Assembly (NCBI RefSeq): GCF_001194135.2 | Contig: NC_068985.1 | Span: 9,558,678 to 9,622,677 of the forward strand | Length of the DNA stretch: 64,000 nucleotides | Source of the DNA: Octopus bimaculoides | Taxonomy: Eukaryota | Reading direction: 5' to 3' | Part shown: one piece after another, positions 1-12,799 of the stretch | How positions within the stretch are numbered: the stretch's first letter is position 1 | How the letters are laid out: each line of letters starts with the position of its first letter | Notes under the pieces: generated by a model | Told to the model about the DNA's origin: nothing | Databases searched by the model: none | Seen by the model: only the letters and a program-made list of their open reading frames with translations | Translations under genes and position numbers: made by a program

Positions 1-1968
1 CAAAGCCAACCGTTACAAACAACCATTGAACAAGTTGATAATATAAATTACAACATTTGATAGTTTATACCATTACCACAAAATTACAACAAATCAAAAT
101 GAAATACAAAAACAATATATATGTGTTTGGAATGAATATAACAAATCTTTCACCATGATAAACAATTATTTCTTTGTTTTACATTCAAGTTTCCTTCCAG
201 AAAATTGCCAATAGTTTAATTTTATCTTTTGAAGAATGTAAAAGTAAAAATATTTTGCCCACAGATTCAGTATTCCATCATCAAGGAAATTTCAAAGAGA
301 ACATTTTATAAACTATTACAGCAAAATAATATCTTAGAGAAAGAAGAAGAAAACTAGAGATTGTATTTTTTCCCCTCCATGCCCAAGACCTTTGTAAGGT
401 TCTTACCATTGAGGGGAGGGGAATGGTATGCATGCCAATAAGAAGTGACATGTGAGGTTATCAAATTAACCTCAGACTGACGTTCTGGTCTGAATACAAC
501 TTCGTAATAGACTGGACTTCACTGAAGACAACAAGAGCCATGTAATGTTGCTAAACTTTAGAACTAAGTGGTCTTTTCTTTTTTGATTGTCACAGTAATT
601 GGACTGCGACCATGCTGGGGCACCACTTTGAAGGGTTTAGTCAAACAAATCAACCCCGGAACTTATTTTATCAGTCTCTTTTTGCCAAACCACTATGTTA
701 GTGATATAAGCCAGCCAACACTGGTTGTCAAGCTGCAGGGGCACAGACACAAATGCAATGACACACACACACACATACATGACAGGCTTCTTTCAGTTTC
801 CATCTAGCAAATTGCTTCAGTCAGTTCAGGGTCATAGCAGGAGACACTTGCCCAAGATGACACAGAGTGGGACTAAGCCAGAAGCCATGCAGCCGAGAAG
901 CAAATTTCTTGCCACACAACATTCCATCTTTGGAAGTTTCCTTTTTGGTAAGACACAAGTCTTATTTCAGAAATATTTCTTAGAAGCTCTGATGACTTTT
1001 CCAAAAATTTAAGGCAAAGCAAGGAATAGAGGAAGATTATATATTGCATTTGGCATAATGCTAAAATATACAATAAAACAATTGATAGACAGAAGGGTGT
1101 AAACCTAATGTAGAATTATCTTGAAGTTTTTCAGTAGCATGGCCCACCCCATGGTGAGCCATGTGTGGCCTGCATCTTGCAAAAGGTCGCCCACGCTTGT
1201 TCTACATGGTCACTCAGCTGGCTTGAAATAGCAACCAGATACTCCTCAAATTACACCTTATCATTTAAAAAAAAAGGAAAAATTGAATAATGTAGTCCAA
1301 GATACACTATGCCTGAAGGAAAACAAGACAAGAAGGTCACAGACTGAAATAACTTCTGTGATCACAAGTCTTCTTAATTAAGACTGACTTGAGGGTTAAA
1401 AATTTTTTTAAAAAGTAAAAAAAACAAAACAATGTTTTGATCAAAATTAAATCTTTGAAGTCTCACAAAGCATAATTAAACAAGAACTTTTTTAACCCCA
1501 TTAATAAAAAATTCCCCAAGAGATTAATTAGAGTAACTTAAAAATAATAAATTGAGAACAAGTATGAATATTCTTTTCTACTCTAGGCACAAGGCCTGAA
1601 ATTTTTGGGGAGGGGGCCAGTTGATTAGATTGATCCCAGTACACAACTGGTACTTAATTTATCAACCCCGTAAAGATGAAAGGCAAAGTTGACCTCACTG
1701 GAATTTGAACTCAAAACATAAAGACAGGCAAAATACCACAATGCATTTTGCCTGGCATGCAAACAAGTATGAATGTTACAGAAGGAATGTGTACAGATAT
1801 TGTCAACATTAGTAAAGAACAGGGGTGGTGCAATCGTTAGAACTGATACAATGATAGGCTGTATAAGTTCTACAATGTTTAATATTAAGTTACATCGTTA
1901 GTTTGAATCTTAATGGGATCAGTGGTATCTTCCATGTCCTAAGGTCAATATATAACTAAATGCCCAGC

Positions 1969-2285
1969 ATCGCCTTACTGGCACTTGTGCCGGTGGCACA
2001 TTAGAAAACATTCAAACGAGGTCATTGCCAGTGCTACTGGACTGGCTCCTGTGCAGGTGACACATAAAAAACACCATTTTGAGCATGGCCGTTGCCAGTA
2101 TCGCCTGACTGGCTCCTGTGCTGGTGGCATGTAAAAAGCACCCACTACACTCTCGGAGTGGTTGGTATTAGGAAGGGCATCCAGCTATAGAAATCTTACC
2201 AGATCAGACTGGAGCCTGGTGCAGCCTCCTGGCTTCCCAGACCCCAGTCAAACCGTGGAAAGCGGACATTAAATGATGACGATGA
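1969..2285 (+). mobile_element. SINE-like family C
   Basis: Three subunits plus tail. Other copies lie at about 9652-9830, 35860-36010, 45475-45735 (-), 49665-49900, 52075-52175 (-) and 63140-63320 (-). Confidence 0.75.
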
Positions 2286-2380
2286 TGTTGAGTTACATCT
2301 CTTTACATTCTGAGTTCAAATCACACCAGGATAAAAGGTCTTGCCTTTCATCCTTCCATAATCAATATAAGTAAATGACT

Positions 2381-2840
2381 AAGGTGGCAGGCTGGCAGAA
2401 TCGTTAGCACACCGGGCAAAATGCTTAGTGGTATTTCATCTGCTTTTACATTCTGAGTTCAAATTCCACCGAGGTCGAATTTGCCTTTCATCCTTTCGGG
2501 GTCAATAAATTAAGTACTAGTTACGTACTGGGATCAATCTAATTGACTGGCCCCCTCCCCAAACATTTTGGGCCCAGTGCTTAGAGTACAAAATATTGTT
2601 TACTATTTATTCTTTGATATTTAAGGCGGCAAACTGGCAGAGATGTTAGCAAGCCAGACAAAATGCTTAGCGGTATTTCGTCTGTCTTTACGTTTTGAGT
2701 TCAAATTCTGCAGAGATCAACTTTGCATTTCATCCTTTCAGGGTCAATAAATTAAGTACTAGTTACGTACTGAGGTAAATCTAATTGACTGGCCCCCTCC
2801 CCAAAAAATTCGGGCCTTGTACCTAGAGTAGAAAAGAATG
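2381..2840 (+). mobile_element. Two tandem copies of SINE family B (tRNA-like head)
   Basis: ggcaggctggcagaatcgttagcac...gagttcaaattcc...gcctttcatcctttcggggtc...gtagaaaagaat. Both copies share the variant gtactagttacgtactg. Confidence 0.8.
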
Positions 2841-3812
2841 TAAGTAAATGACCAGTAGTAGAGCCAATATAATCATGGGTAGCTTCCCAAAACATTACTG
2901 GCCTTGTGCCAATATTAGAAATCTTTGTATTAATAAGACATTGATCTGCTGTAAATTAAAGTGAATAGAACCATGTCTAAGTGAGAAACCACAATTCGGC
3001 TTAGCTAAATAACCTGACATCTATAAGTGAGATGGACAAGAAAGGTTATAAATACTTGTGGCTTCAATCAATAATACAGGTTCTAAGTTTATATTGAAAT
3101 GTTGGCACCTATCATGAAACCTCTTGAGTATGCGGACATTTATGGGGTTACAGAAAGGAAATCAAAATTAAGGTCTACTGTACTCTGGGGAAAAGAGCTT
3201 AAGAAATACTTTTGTGAAATCCTTCAAAACAAACATGAATTCAAAATCAATATAAGCTTTAATAAGATTACTTAAGAGATAAATCACTGAGTGGCTAATA
3301 ACAATAGTTAATCAGAAATTAATTAAATTAGTTACAGCTAAATATATTTTTTCTCCATGTTTTACAAAACGACATTGATTAAATTCCTTAATAATTCAAA
3401 ACTGAAGAAATTACTAAGAATAATAAATTTAGAAACAGAATGTTTTGTGTTTAAAGTCCATGTTGTGGCACTAATTAGTTTAATTACCGACACAATTACC
3501 TGATAGTAAGATTACAATAATAACATGGAATTAACACTAGACTGAACAATGAAGGTCAGACTAAAATATAGCTGTTTCAGATAAACAGAAGTAGGAGTTT
3601 ATTTTTTGTGAATGGGAGGCAATAAGGCAACGGGTACAATTTAATAAGTATCAATGGAATAAATTAATGTGTGACATTAGTCTTATATATATATGTATAT
3701 GTCACATGATCAACCAGGCTATGAGATACTGTTATTTATCACTGGTCACAATGCATTCTGAATTGTTTTACCTTTCAAATGATACCACTCCATTTGCTAG
3801 GCAAGCAGACTA

Positions 3813-3881
<69 letters not shown>

Positions 3882-4772
3882 NNNNNNNNNNNNNNNNNNN
3901 NNNNNNNNNNNNNNNNNNNNNNNNNNNNNNNNNNNNNNNNNNNNNNNNNNNNNNNNNNNNNNNNNNNNNNNNNNNNNNNNNNNNNNNNNNNNNNNNNNNN
4001 NNNNNNNNNNNNNNNNNNNNNNNNNNNNNNNNNNNNNNNNNNNNNNNNNNNNNNNNNNNNNNNNNNNNNNNNNNNNNNNNNNNNNNNNNNNNNNNNNNNN
4101 NNNNNNNNNNNNNNNNNNNNNNNNNNNNNNNNNNNNNNNNNNNNNNNNNNNNNNNNNNNNNNNNNNNNNNNNNNNNNNNNNNNNNNNNNNNNNNNNNNNN
4201 NNNNNNNNNNNNNNNNNNNNNNNNNNNNNNNNNNNNNNNNNNNNNNNNNNNNNNNNNNNNNNNNNNNNNNNNNNNNNNNNNNNNNNNNNNNNNNNNNNNN
4301 NNNNNNNNNNNNNNNNNNNNNNNNNNNNNNNNNNNNNNNNNNNNNNNNNNNNNNNNNNNNNNNNNNNNNNNNNNNNNNNNNNNNNNNNNNNNNNNNNNNN
4401 NNNNNNNNNNNNNNNNNNNNNNNNNNNNNNNNNNNNNNNNNNNNNNNNNNNATATATATATATATATACATACAATATAGGATAAAAGATATGCACAAAT
4501 ACATACATATGTATGTATTCTTTTATTTTTTTACTTGTTTCAGTCGTTTGACTATGGCCATGCTAGAGCACTGCCTTTAACTGAGCAAACCGACCCCAGG
4601 ACTTATTCTTTGCCTGCCTAGCACTTACTCTATTGGTCTCTTTGCCGAACCGCTAAGTCATGGGGATGTAAACACACCAACACCGGTTGTCAAGCAATGT
4701 TGGGGAGACAAACACAGAGACACAAACATATACATTTTTTTTTTCTCCGTGTTTTTCTCCTTGTCTCCGTAT

Positions 4773-4809
4773 TCTTTCTGTTGAAGAGCGTAGCTCGAAA
4801 CGTCAAAGA
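4773..4809 (+). ncRNA. Minimal hammerhead-like motif (family E) with variant core CUGUUGA
   Basis: TCTTT-CTGTTGAA-GAGC(gta)GCTC-GAAAC-GTC-AAAGA. All stems pair, stem III is the palindrome ACGT and the triplet is GUC. The core has U where A6 is canonical. Confidence 0.65.
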
Positions 4810-5821
4810 CTTTCCGCATTCCCGAGCATCATACTAATATATACTTTTGTTATTTACACCACCTGTCCTCGTCTGTTGCTATTTTTTGTATATTCTCCCA
4901 TATATATATATATACATATACACATATATATGACAGGCTTCTTTCAGTTTCTGTTTACCAAACTGATTCACAAGGCTTTGGTTGGTCCAAGGCTATAGTA
5001 GAAGACACTTGCCCAAGGTACCACACAGTGGGACTGAACCCAGAACCATGTGGTTGGTAAGCAAGCTACTTACTGCACAGCTACTCCTGCACCTATGTAT
5101 ATATATATGTGTGCATATATTTGAGTCTATCTTTCTTTTGTCTTTTACCTATTTCAGTCATTGGCCTAAAGCCATGCTAGGTTATCACCTTGAAGAGTTT
5201 AGTCACAAAAATCAACCCTGGAACTTATTCTTTAAGTCTGGTAGTTTTCTACCACTTTCTTTTACGAAGCCACCACTAACTTAAGGGGATGTAAACAAAC
5301 CAACACAAATTGTTAAGCAGGGAGGGGGCAAAGAGCACAACACACATATATGTATATACATGAGAGGATTGCACAGTTTCCAACCTCGAAATTCGTTCAC
5401 AAGGCTTTGGTTGACTTGTAGATATAGTAGAAGACACTTGCCCAAGGTGCTGTGCAGCAGGATTAAACCCAAAGACCGTACGGTCACAAAGTCAGCTCAT
5501 TAACTACACAGCCATGTCTGTCCCTACACACACACACACAATGAGGTCAGATAATAGTGACAAGTAAGGAGAAAGACAAGCAGAGAGAATGGTCTCTGAT
5601 CAAAGAAAATGTGCCAGTAAGATTGTTACTATAACAACCGTAAGAACATCACTATTGTAACTGTGTTATTGAAACAATTTGTGAGGAAAGAAGACACAGG
5701 TCTTGGCTACAAAGATATATCAATAAAATAAACAAACAAAAAAATGCAGGTCTTAAAAATATTGATGATAAAAGTAGTTTGTGTTCACAATATGACACAA
5801 TGATGCTTTCAGTGGTTAGCC

Positions 5822-6343
5822 TTAACCCTTTTGTTACCGGATTTCTGCTGAGATGTTCTGTGTTTCTTTCAATTAATTTTAAATATAACAAAGAATTTAG
5901 GGAAATAACTTAGTTATCTTTAAGCTAGTGTTAGGAACATAAATTGTGACTAAGGTTTGGTGGAAGATTTTAATTCAGAACTTATGAAAACAAGACATAT
6001 GTACTACAGAGCCAAAGGTGGTTTCAGCCGGGTTGATAACGAAGGGGTTAAGAATTGTTTCTCTATTATATATTTTAACCCTTTTGTGACCATATTTCTG
6101 TTGAGATGTTCTGTGTTTCTTTCAATTAATTTTAAATATAACATAGAATTTAGTGAAATAACTTAGTTATCTTTAAGCTAGTGTTAGGAAGATAAATTGT
6201 GACTAAGGTTTGGTGGAAGATTTTAATTCAAAACTTATGAAAACAAGATATTTGTATTCAGAGCCAGAGCTGGTTTCAGCTGGGTTGATAACGAAGGGGC
6301 TAAGAATTGTTTCTCTATTATATATTTTAACCCTTTTGTGACC
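5822..6343 (+). mobile_element. piggyBac-like MITE family G, tandem (2 copies plus the start of a third)
   Basis: TTAA-CCCTT...AAGGGG-TTAA units of ~230 bp joined by the spacer gaattgtttctctattatatatt. Confidence 0.75.
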
Positions 6344-7143
6344 AACAGTAGCATTGTTCCCTTCAGGGAACTGTCACATTAAGTTGACAGCATACAACTA
6401 CTTAAACTAATACTAGTTGTCAAGCAATGGTGGAGAACAAACACAAACACACAGAAGGGGCTTCTTTCAGTTTCCAACTACGAAATCCACTCACAAGGCT
6501 TTGGTCAGCCCTAAGATTAGAGTAGAAGGAACTTGCCCAAGGTACCATGCTGTTGGAGTGAACCTGAAACCATGTTGTTGGGAAGCAAGCTTACACACCT
6601 TATCCATAAAATTAATAAATGTCATGTTTATGCTGTGTTCTAAAAGTTAATTCTTTCAAAACATAAACACACTTTCTTCACCCAAATAATCTTTGAACAA
6701 TTCTGGTTAACAGCCAGCAGATTTTAAAAAAAACGATGATGATGATGATGATGATGAGCCAGCTGCAAGAGAGCAACAGATTGTTTCAGATATTATATAA
6801 GATCTGTTATACTGCCAGGTCACTAAAGCACAGATTTTAACCCATTTAATACCAGCTCATCTGAGACCACTCCTAGCTCTATGCTACAATTTCACTGTGT
6901 TGAAGTGATCTAAAAACTCTCCTGCAAAATTTCCTTTTAATTTACTTTTCAAACACCAGCTTTAAACTATCAAGCTTATTTTAGGAGCCTGTAGGACTAC
7001 ACAGTTGAATGCGACTTTCCATTATTTGATACCGAAAGGGGCAATCTGAGTGAGATGTTTGAAATCAGTGAATGTATTTCACTAGAATTATTAGATGTTT
7101 ACAAGGGCTAGATAGGCATCTCCAACTAGCAAGCCATGCTACT

Positions 7144-7184
7144 CCAGACTGAAAACGAGCAATAACTCAGAAACCAGTCTCCGG
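7144..7184 (+). ncRNA. Decayed hammerhead motif related to family F
   Basis: CCAGA-CTGAAAAC-GAG(caataa)CTC-A-GAAAC-CA-GTC-TCCGG. Reverting two CpG-type changes restores stem I CCGGA/TCCGG and palindrome ACCGGT. The downstream flank is similar to the family F flank. Confidence 0.5.
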
Positions 7185-10100
7185 ATGCTGGCTTAGCTGG
7201 GTGGAGGTGCTTATCTCCCCCTTGTAAACATAAGGACACAGGAAATGTGTCAATGCCGACAGGAAGCGGTGCTGCTTCCTAGGGCTAAATAGCAGTAGTA
7301 TTATTCCCTTCATGGGACTGTCACATTAAGTTGACAGCATACAACTACTTTATAAATCTCTGTGAGAGATTTAGAAATGTATTATTTCTCTTTCTCTGTG
7401 TGTGTGTGTGTGTGTGTNNNNNNNNNNNNNNNNNNNNNNNNNNNNNNNNNNNNNNNNNNNNNNNNNNNNNNNNNNNNNNNNNNNNNNNNNNNNNNNNNNN
7501 NNNNNNNNNNNNNNNNNNNNNNNNNNNNNNNNNNNNNNNNNNNNNNNNNNNNNNNNNNNNNNNNNNNNNNNNNNNNNNNNNNNNNNNNNNNNNNNNNNNN
7601 NNNNNNNNNNNNNNNNNNNNNNNNNNNNNNNNNNNNNNNNNNNNNNNNNNNNNNNNNNNNNNNNNNNNNNNNNNNNNNNNNNNNNNNNNNNNNNNNNNNN
7701 NNNNNNNNNNNNNNNNNNNNNNNNNNNNNNNNNNNNNNNNNNNNNNGGGGGGGGCAGTCGATTAGGTCGACCCCCAGAACACAACTGGTACTTAATTTAT
7801 CTATCCCCGAAAGGATAAAAGGTAAAGTCGACCTCGGTGGAATTTGAACTCAGAATGTAAAGACAGATGAAATGCCGCTACGCGAAGTTTTATATTGAAG
7901 GCTTATTTCACTATAAAAATATGTTAATGAAATATAATGGAATGTGCCTGAAAGTTGTTGGCCTGTTTCCTTAGTAGGAAACAAAAATTAGATGTTTCTA
8001 AGAAAAATAAAATAAATAAGAATTCAAAGAATTAATTATCTACAATACACACCAAACACACACACACAAATGTCATGAAAAAATACAACTTGCAGAGTTC
8101 CAGATTGAACTTTAAATGAAGAAATAAACAGTAAAACCGCATTAACTGACTGAGATACAAACAAAAGAGCTGAGTGTGTGTGTGCGTGCGTGCGTGCATG
8201 TGTGTGTGAGTCTGATGCAGGAAATGCATACTGTATTCTCTGGGCCCCATCAAAGTCGAAATTATAAATAATTGAAGAAAACAATGAAACCCCAAATTCT
8301 TTCGGGGGGGGGGGGCTCTGTGTAATTTCACAATTTTTTTTGTGTATTGCATCTAAAATAAGCTACCCCCTTCTTCTATCCTATAATTTTTTTTCCCTCT
8401 GAGACTATCAGCTGTTTCTGATTAAGTTAAAGACAAAAAACTCATGTCGCAGTGCCACTTCCTGCTCGTCAATCTTATTCATATATTCAGTGATAAACAT
8501 ATTTTTAGATATGGTAACCTCAATCTGAAAATAACCATTTTATAAATGGGCTGTTGTAGTTGTCTTTTGCTCTCCTGTCAGCTCTGATCAAGCAGGCGCT
8601 AAGATCAAACCCAGCGTTATCTCATTGTTTTATATTCTTTCACTGCTTTCAGGCAGTAGACAGTAACCATGACAGAGTCCTGTCTTGTATGATTTAATCA
8701 ATAAAACCAGCCTAGAGCATATTTTTAATCCAGGTAATTATTTTATTAAGTTCTCTATTACTCTTTTACTTGTTTCAGTCATTTGACTGCGGCCATGCTG
8801 GAGCACCACCTTTAGTCGAGAAATTGACCCCAGGACTTATTCTTGTAAGCCTAGTACTTATTCTATCGGTCTTTTTTTGCCGAACCGCTAAGTTACGGGG
8901 ACGTAAACACACCAGCATCGGTTGTCAAGCGATGGTGGGGGGACAAACACAGACACACAGACACACAAACACACATACATATATATAGACACATACACTC
9001 TTTNNNNNNNNNNNNNNNNNNNNNNNNNNNNNNNNNNNNNNNNNNNNNNNNNNNNNNNNNNNNNNNNNNNNNNNNNNNNNNNNNNNNNNNNNNNNNNNNN
9101 NNNNNNNNNNNNNNNNNNNNNNNNNNNNNNNNNNNNNNNNNNNNNNNNNNNNNNNNNNNNNNNNNNNNNNNNNNNNNNNNNNNNNNNNNNNNNNNNNNNN
9201 NNNNNNNNNNNNNNNNNNNNNNNNNNNNNNNNNNNNNNNNNNNNNNNNNNNNNNNNNNNNNNNNNNNNNNNNNNNNNNNNNNNNNNNNNNNNNNNNNNNN
9301 NNNNNNNNNNNNNNNNNNNNNNNNNNNNNNNNNNNNNNNNNNNNNNNNNNNNNNNNNNNNNNNNNNNNNNNNNNNNNNNNNNNNNNNNNNNNNNNNNNNN
9401 NNNNNNNNNNNNNNNNNNNNNNNNNNNNNNNNNNNNNNNNNNNNNNNNNNNNNNNNNNNNNNNNNNNNNNNNNNNNNNNNNNNNNNNNNNNNNNNNNNNN
9501 NNNNNNNNNNNNNNNNNNNNNNNNNNNNNNNNNNNNNNNNNNNNNNNNNNNNNNNNNNNNNNNNNNNNNNNNNNNNNNNNNNNNNNNNNNNNNNNNNNNN
9601 NNNNNNNNNNNNNNNNNNNNNNNNNNNNNNNNNNNNNNNNNNNNNNNNNNNAAAGCACCCACTACACTCTCTGAGTGGTTGGCGTTAGGAAGGGCATCCA
9701 GCTGTAGAAACTCTGCCAAATCAAATTGGAGCCTGGTGTAGCCATCTGGTTTCACCAGTCCTCAGTCAAATCGTCCAACCCATGCTAGCATGGAAAGCGG
9801 ACGTTAAACGACGACGACGACGACGATATACATATATACGACGCGCTTCTTTCAGTTTCCGTCTACCAAATCCACTCACAAGGCTTTGGCCAGCCCGAGG
9901 TTATAGTAGAAGGCACTTGCCCAAGGTGCCACGCAGTGGGACTGAACCCGGAACCATGTGGTTGGTAAGCAAGCTGCTTACCACACAGCCACTCATGTGT
10001 CATTAAACAATTAAGTTTCTCAAAAACAGTTAACATACACTTTGAGAAACGTAAAAGACTTTCTCACCTTCCGAGCGTTAAACTAATACACATGTTTGTT

Positions 10101-10185
10101 GTTTATACACCTGTCTTCATCTTTTGGTTTTTTTTTGTAAATTCCAACTAAATGAAATCGAAATCGTAATTGAACCATATTCGAT

Positions 10186-10642
10186 GACTGGCACCTGTGC
10201 CGGTGGAGCACTAACAGCACCGTCCGAGTGTGATCATTGCCAGAGCAGCTGTCTGGTTTCCATGCCAGTGGCATGTAAATAGCACCATTTGAGCATGATC
10301 TTTACCAGTGTCACCTTACTGGCACCTGTGCCGGTGGCACATTAGAAATCATTCGAGCGAGCTTGTTGCCAGTGCCACTGGACTGGTTCCTGTGCAGGTG
10401 GCACATAAAAAACGCCATTCTGAGCATGACCGTTGCCAGTACCGCCTGACTGGCCCTCGTACCGGTGGCACGTAAAAGCACCCACTACACTCTCGGAGTG
10501 GTTGGCGTTAGGAAGGGCATCCAGCTGTAGAAACTCTGCCAGATCAGATTGGAGCCTGGTGCAGCCTTCTGGTTTCACCAGTCCTCAGTCAAATCATCCC
10601 ATCCATGCTAGCATGGAAAGCGGACGTTAAACGATGATGATA
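10186..10642 (+). mobile_element. SINE-like family C: tandem ~62-bp subunits, RTE-like 3' tail, (GAT)n
   Basis: Five actggc-gtgccggtggcac-aaaaagcacc-gccagt units, then gttggcgttaggaagggcatccagctgtagaaac...ggacgttaaacgatgatgat. Confidence 0.75.
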
Positions 10643-11939
10643 TATGACTGGCTTTGGTACAAGTTTTACTTGGAAAACCATTGGTTGACTTGAGACTAAA
10701 GCGGAAGAGACTTGCCAAAGGTAGCATACAGTGCAACTAAACCTGAAACCAAGAGCATATGAAGCAAGCTTTTTAGCTGCCCAGCCAAGCGTGTCCTTGT
10801 GTACATGGCCACACCTGCGCCTCCACCACACAGCTAAGTCTACATTATCTATGAGTTAGTTTATTTTTAAAACCAGTAAATACAAAACAGTCACAGCTAT
10901 AGACCCATTCAACCAACGCTGTATACATGACTACATTTGTTAAACTGTTGTATCTATCAGATCCTGCTGTTGACAATGCAAGGCTGAAGTCAAAATAAAG
11001 CCAAGATTTAATTTTACTGCCTTTTGTAATAATTCGTTTAAACGGAAACAAAATAGCACCAACTTACTACTACAAGTAAACTTTGAGCAATTTTAAGCCA
11101 GCTGTTATTGGTTGGCTTTGTTCATTATACAGCAATATTATGGTTGAAGGGGGAGAAAAATAAAGAGGTAAAAATAGAGAAAGAAACAAACTGTTTTAAG
11201 TTTCCAATCAAATGAACACAGCCAATAAATGTTAAGGTATTGCTCAAATAATTATTGGCTTGTTTGTTTTTGTTTTTTGGTGGTAGGATTACATTTTTTT
11301 TTCCCACCCATCTGCTGCCAGAGATAATAATAATTTTAGTCTCATTTAACCATTTTTATGAGGCACTTGTAAAGCTTCTTTGAAATTTTCAAATACAGCA
11401 ATAGCAGAATGATCTGAGTTCAAAAATCTAGTTACAGATCCTCTTGAGTAGAGCGTATTTTATTTTATATTATAAAATTTTTTTTTTTCATTCTTTTACT
11501 TGTTTCAGTCATGTGACTGCAGCCATGCTGGAGCACCACCTTTTGTCGAACAAATCGACCCGCAGGACTTAGTCTTTTAAAGCCNNNNNNNNNNNNNNNN
11601 NNNNNNNNNNNNNNNNNNNNNNNNNNNNNNNNNNNNNNNNNNNNNNNNNNNNNNNNNNNNNNNNNNNNNNNNNNNNNNNNNNNNNNNNNNNNNNNNNNNN
11701 NNNNNNNNNNNNNNNNNNNNNNNNNNNNNNNNNNNNNNNNNNNNNNNNNNNNNNNNNNNNNNNNNNNNNNNNNNNNNNNNNNNNNNNNNNNNNNNNNNNN
11801 NNNNNNNNNNNNNNNNNNNNNNNNNNNNNNNNNNNNNNNNNNNNNNNNNNNNNNNNNNNNNNNNNNNNNNNNNNNNNNNNNNNNNNNNNNNNNNNNNNNN
11901 NNNNNNNNNNNNNNNNNNNNNNNNNNNNNNNNNNNNNNN

Positions 11940-11976
<37 letters not shown>

Positions 11977-12218
11977 TCAGGTCACTAGGCAGTAACCTGA
12001 ATACTACTAATAATAATAATAATAACATTGAACAATACCTTAGGAATGAGAACCCAGGTTCGAAATTTCCCCAAGACACCTGATGAAGGCTGGAGGGTAT
12101 ATCAGCCGAAACGTTGTGTTAACAACAAACAAGATGAGGACAAATATCCGTCAAATGTAAAATAATGTAAATAATGAAAATAATGTACATAATTCCTCAT
12201 GTCTTAAATATAGAACTG
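11940..12218 (+). mobile_element. 5'-truncated family D element with an inverted junction; left arm runs into a gap
   Basis: (TAT)n-tcaggtcact|aggcagtaacctga-(AAT)n-HHR-tail ending AGAACTG. Confidence 0.8.
12075..12120 (+). ncRNA. Minimal type-I hammerhead ribozyme (family D), intact
   Basis: GACAC-CTGATGA-A-GGCTG(gagggtatat)CAGCC-GAAAC-GTT-GTGTT. Stem I is GACAC/GTGTT, stem II is 5 bp, stem III is the palindrome AACGTT, and the cleavage triplet is GUU. Confidence 0.8.
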
Positions 12219-12799
12219 AATAAAATGATTCATAAACAAAGACACCCATCCAGAAAGGAATGAAAAGCCATCACCTAAGAAACGAGAGGAGAGCACAGAA
12301 ATCCGATCACCTCTGCACCACCAGGCACTCCTTGCTTTTTGCTAACTGCAAACTACAAGTGGAATTTGTGCATTGACCCTCAATAAGAAGAAAGGAAAGG
12401 AAAGAATAAAAGAAATATAAAAGAAAAAAATAAGTGAATAAAATAATAAGCAAGAGATGCGAATACAGCTCTGTGGTTAAGAAGATCAGGGTTTCAAGTT
12501 CAGTCCCACTGCAAAGCACCTTTGGATAGCCCTGGGGTCAACAAATGTCTTGTGAGTGAATTTGTTAGACAGAAACTGTGTGGAAGCCCATCGTGTGTGT
12601 GTGTGTGTGTGCCACCACTTGACAACTAGCGTTGATTTGTTTACATGAATGTAAACAAACCAGCATTGTCAAAAGCAAACAATAGAACAAGTATCGTACT
12701 TCAAGATAAATACATGGGGCTGATTCGTTCGACTCAAATCTTCAAGGCAGTGTCCCAGCATGGCCACAGTCCAATGACTGAAACGACCACATATTTCTT

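Noticed and set aside
3779-4508. Long ORFs spanning N-gaps (also at 7.3, 8.9, 11.5, 20.6, 21.8, 40.7, 48.7 and 51.5 kb)
   Set aside because: They are open only because N codons and dinucleotide repeats lack stops.
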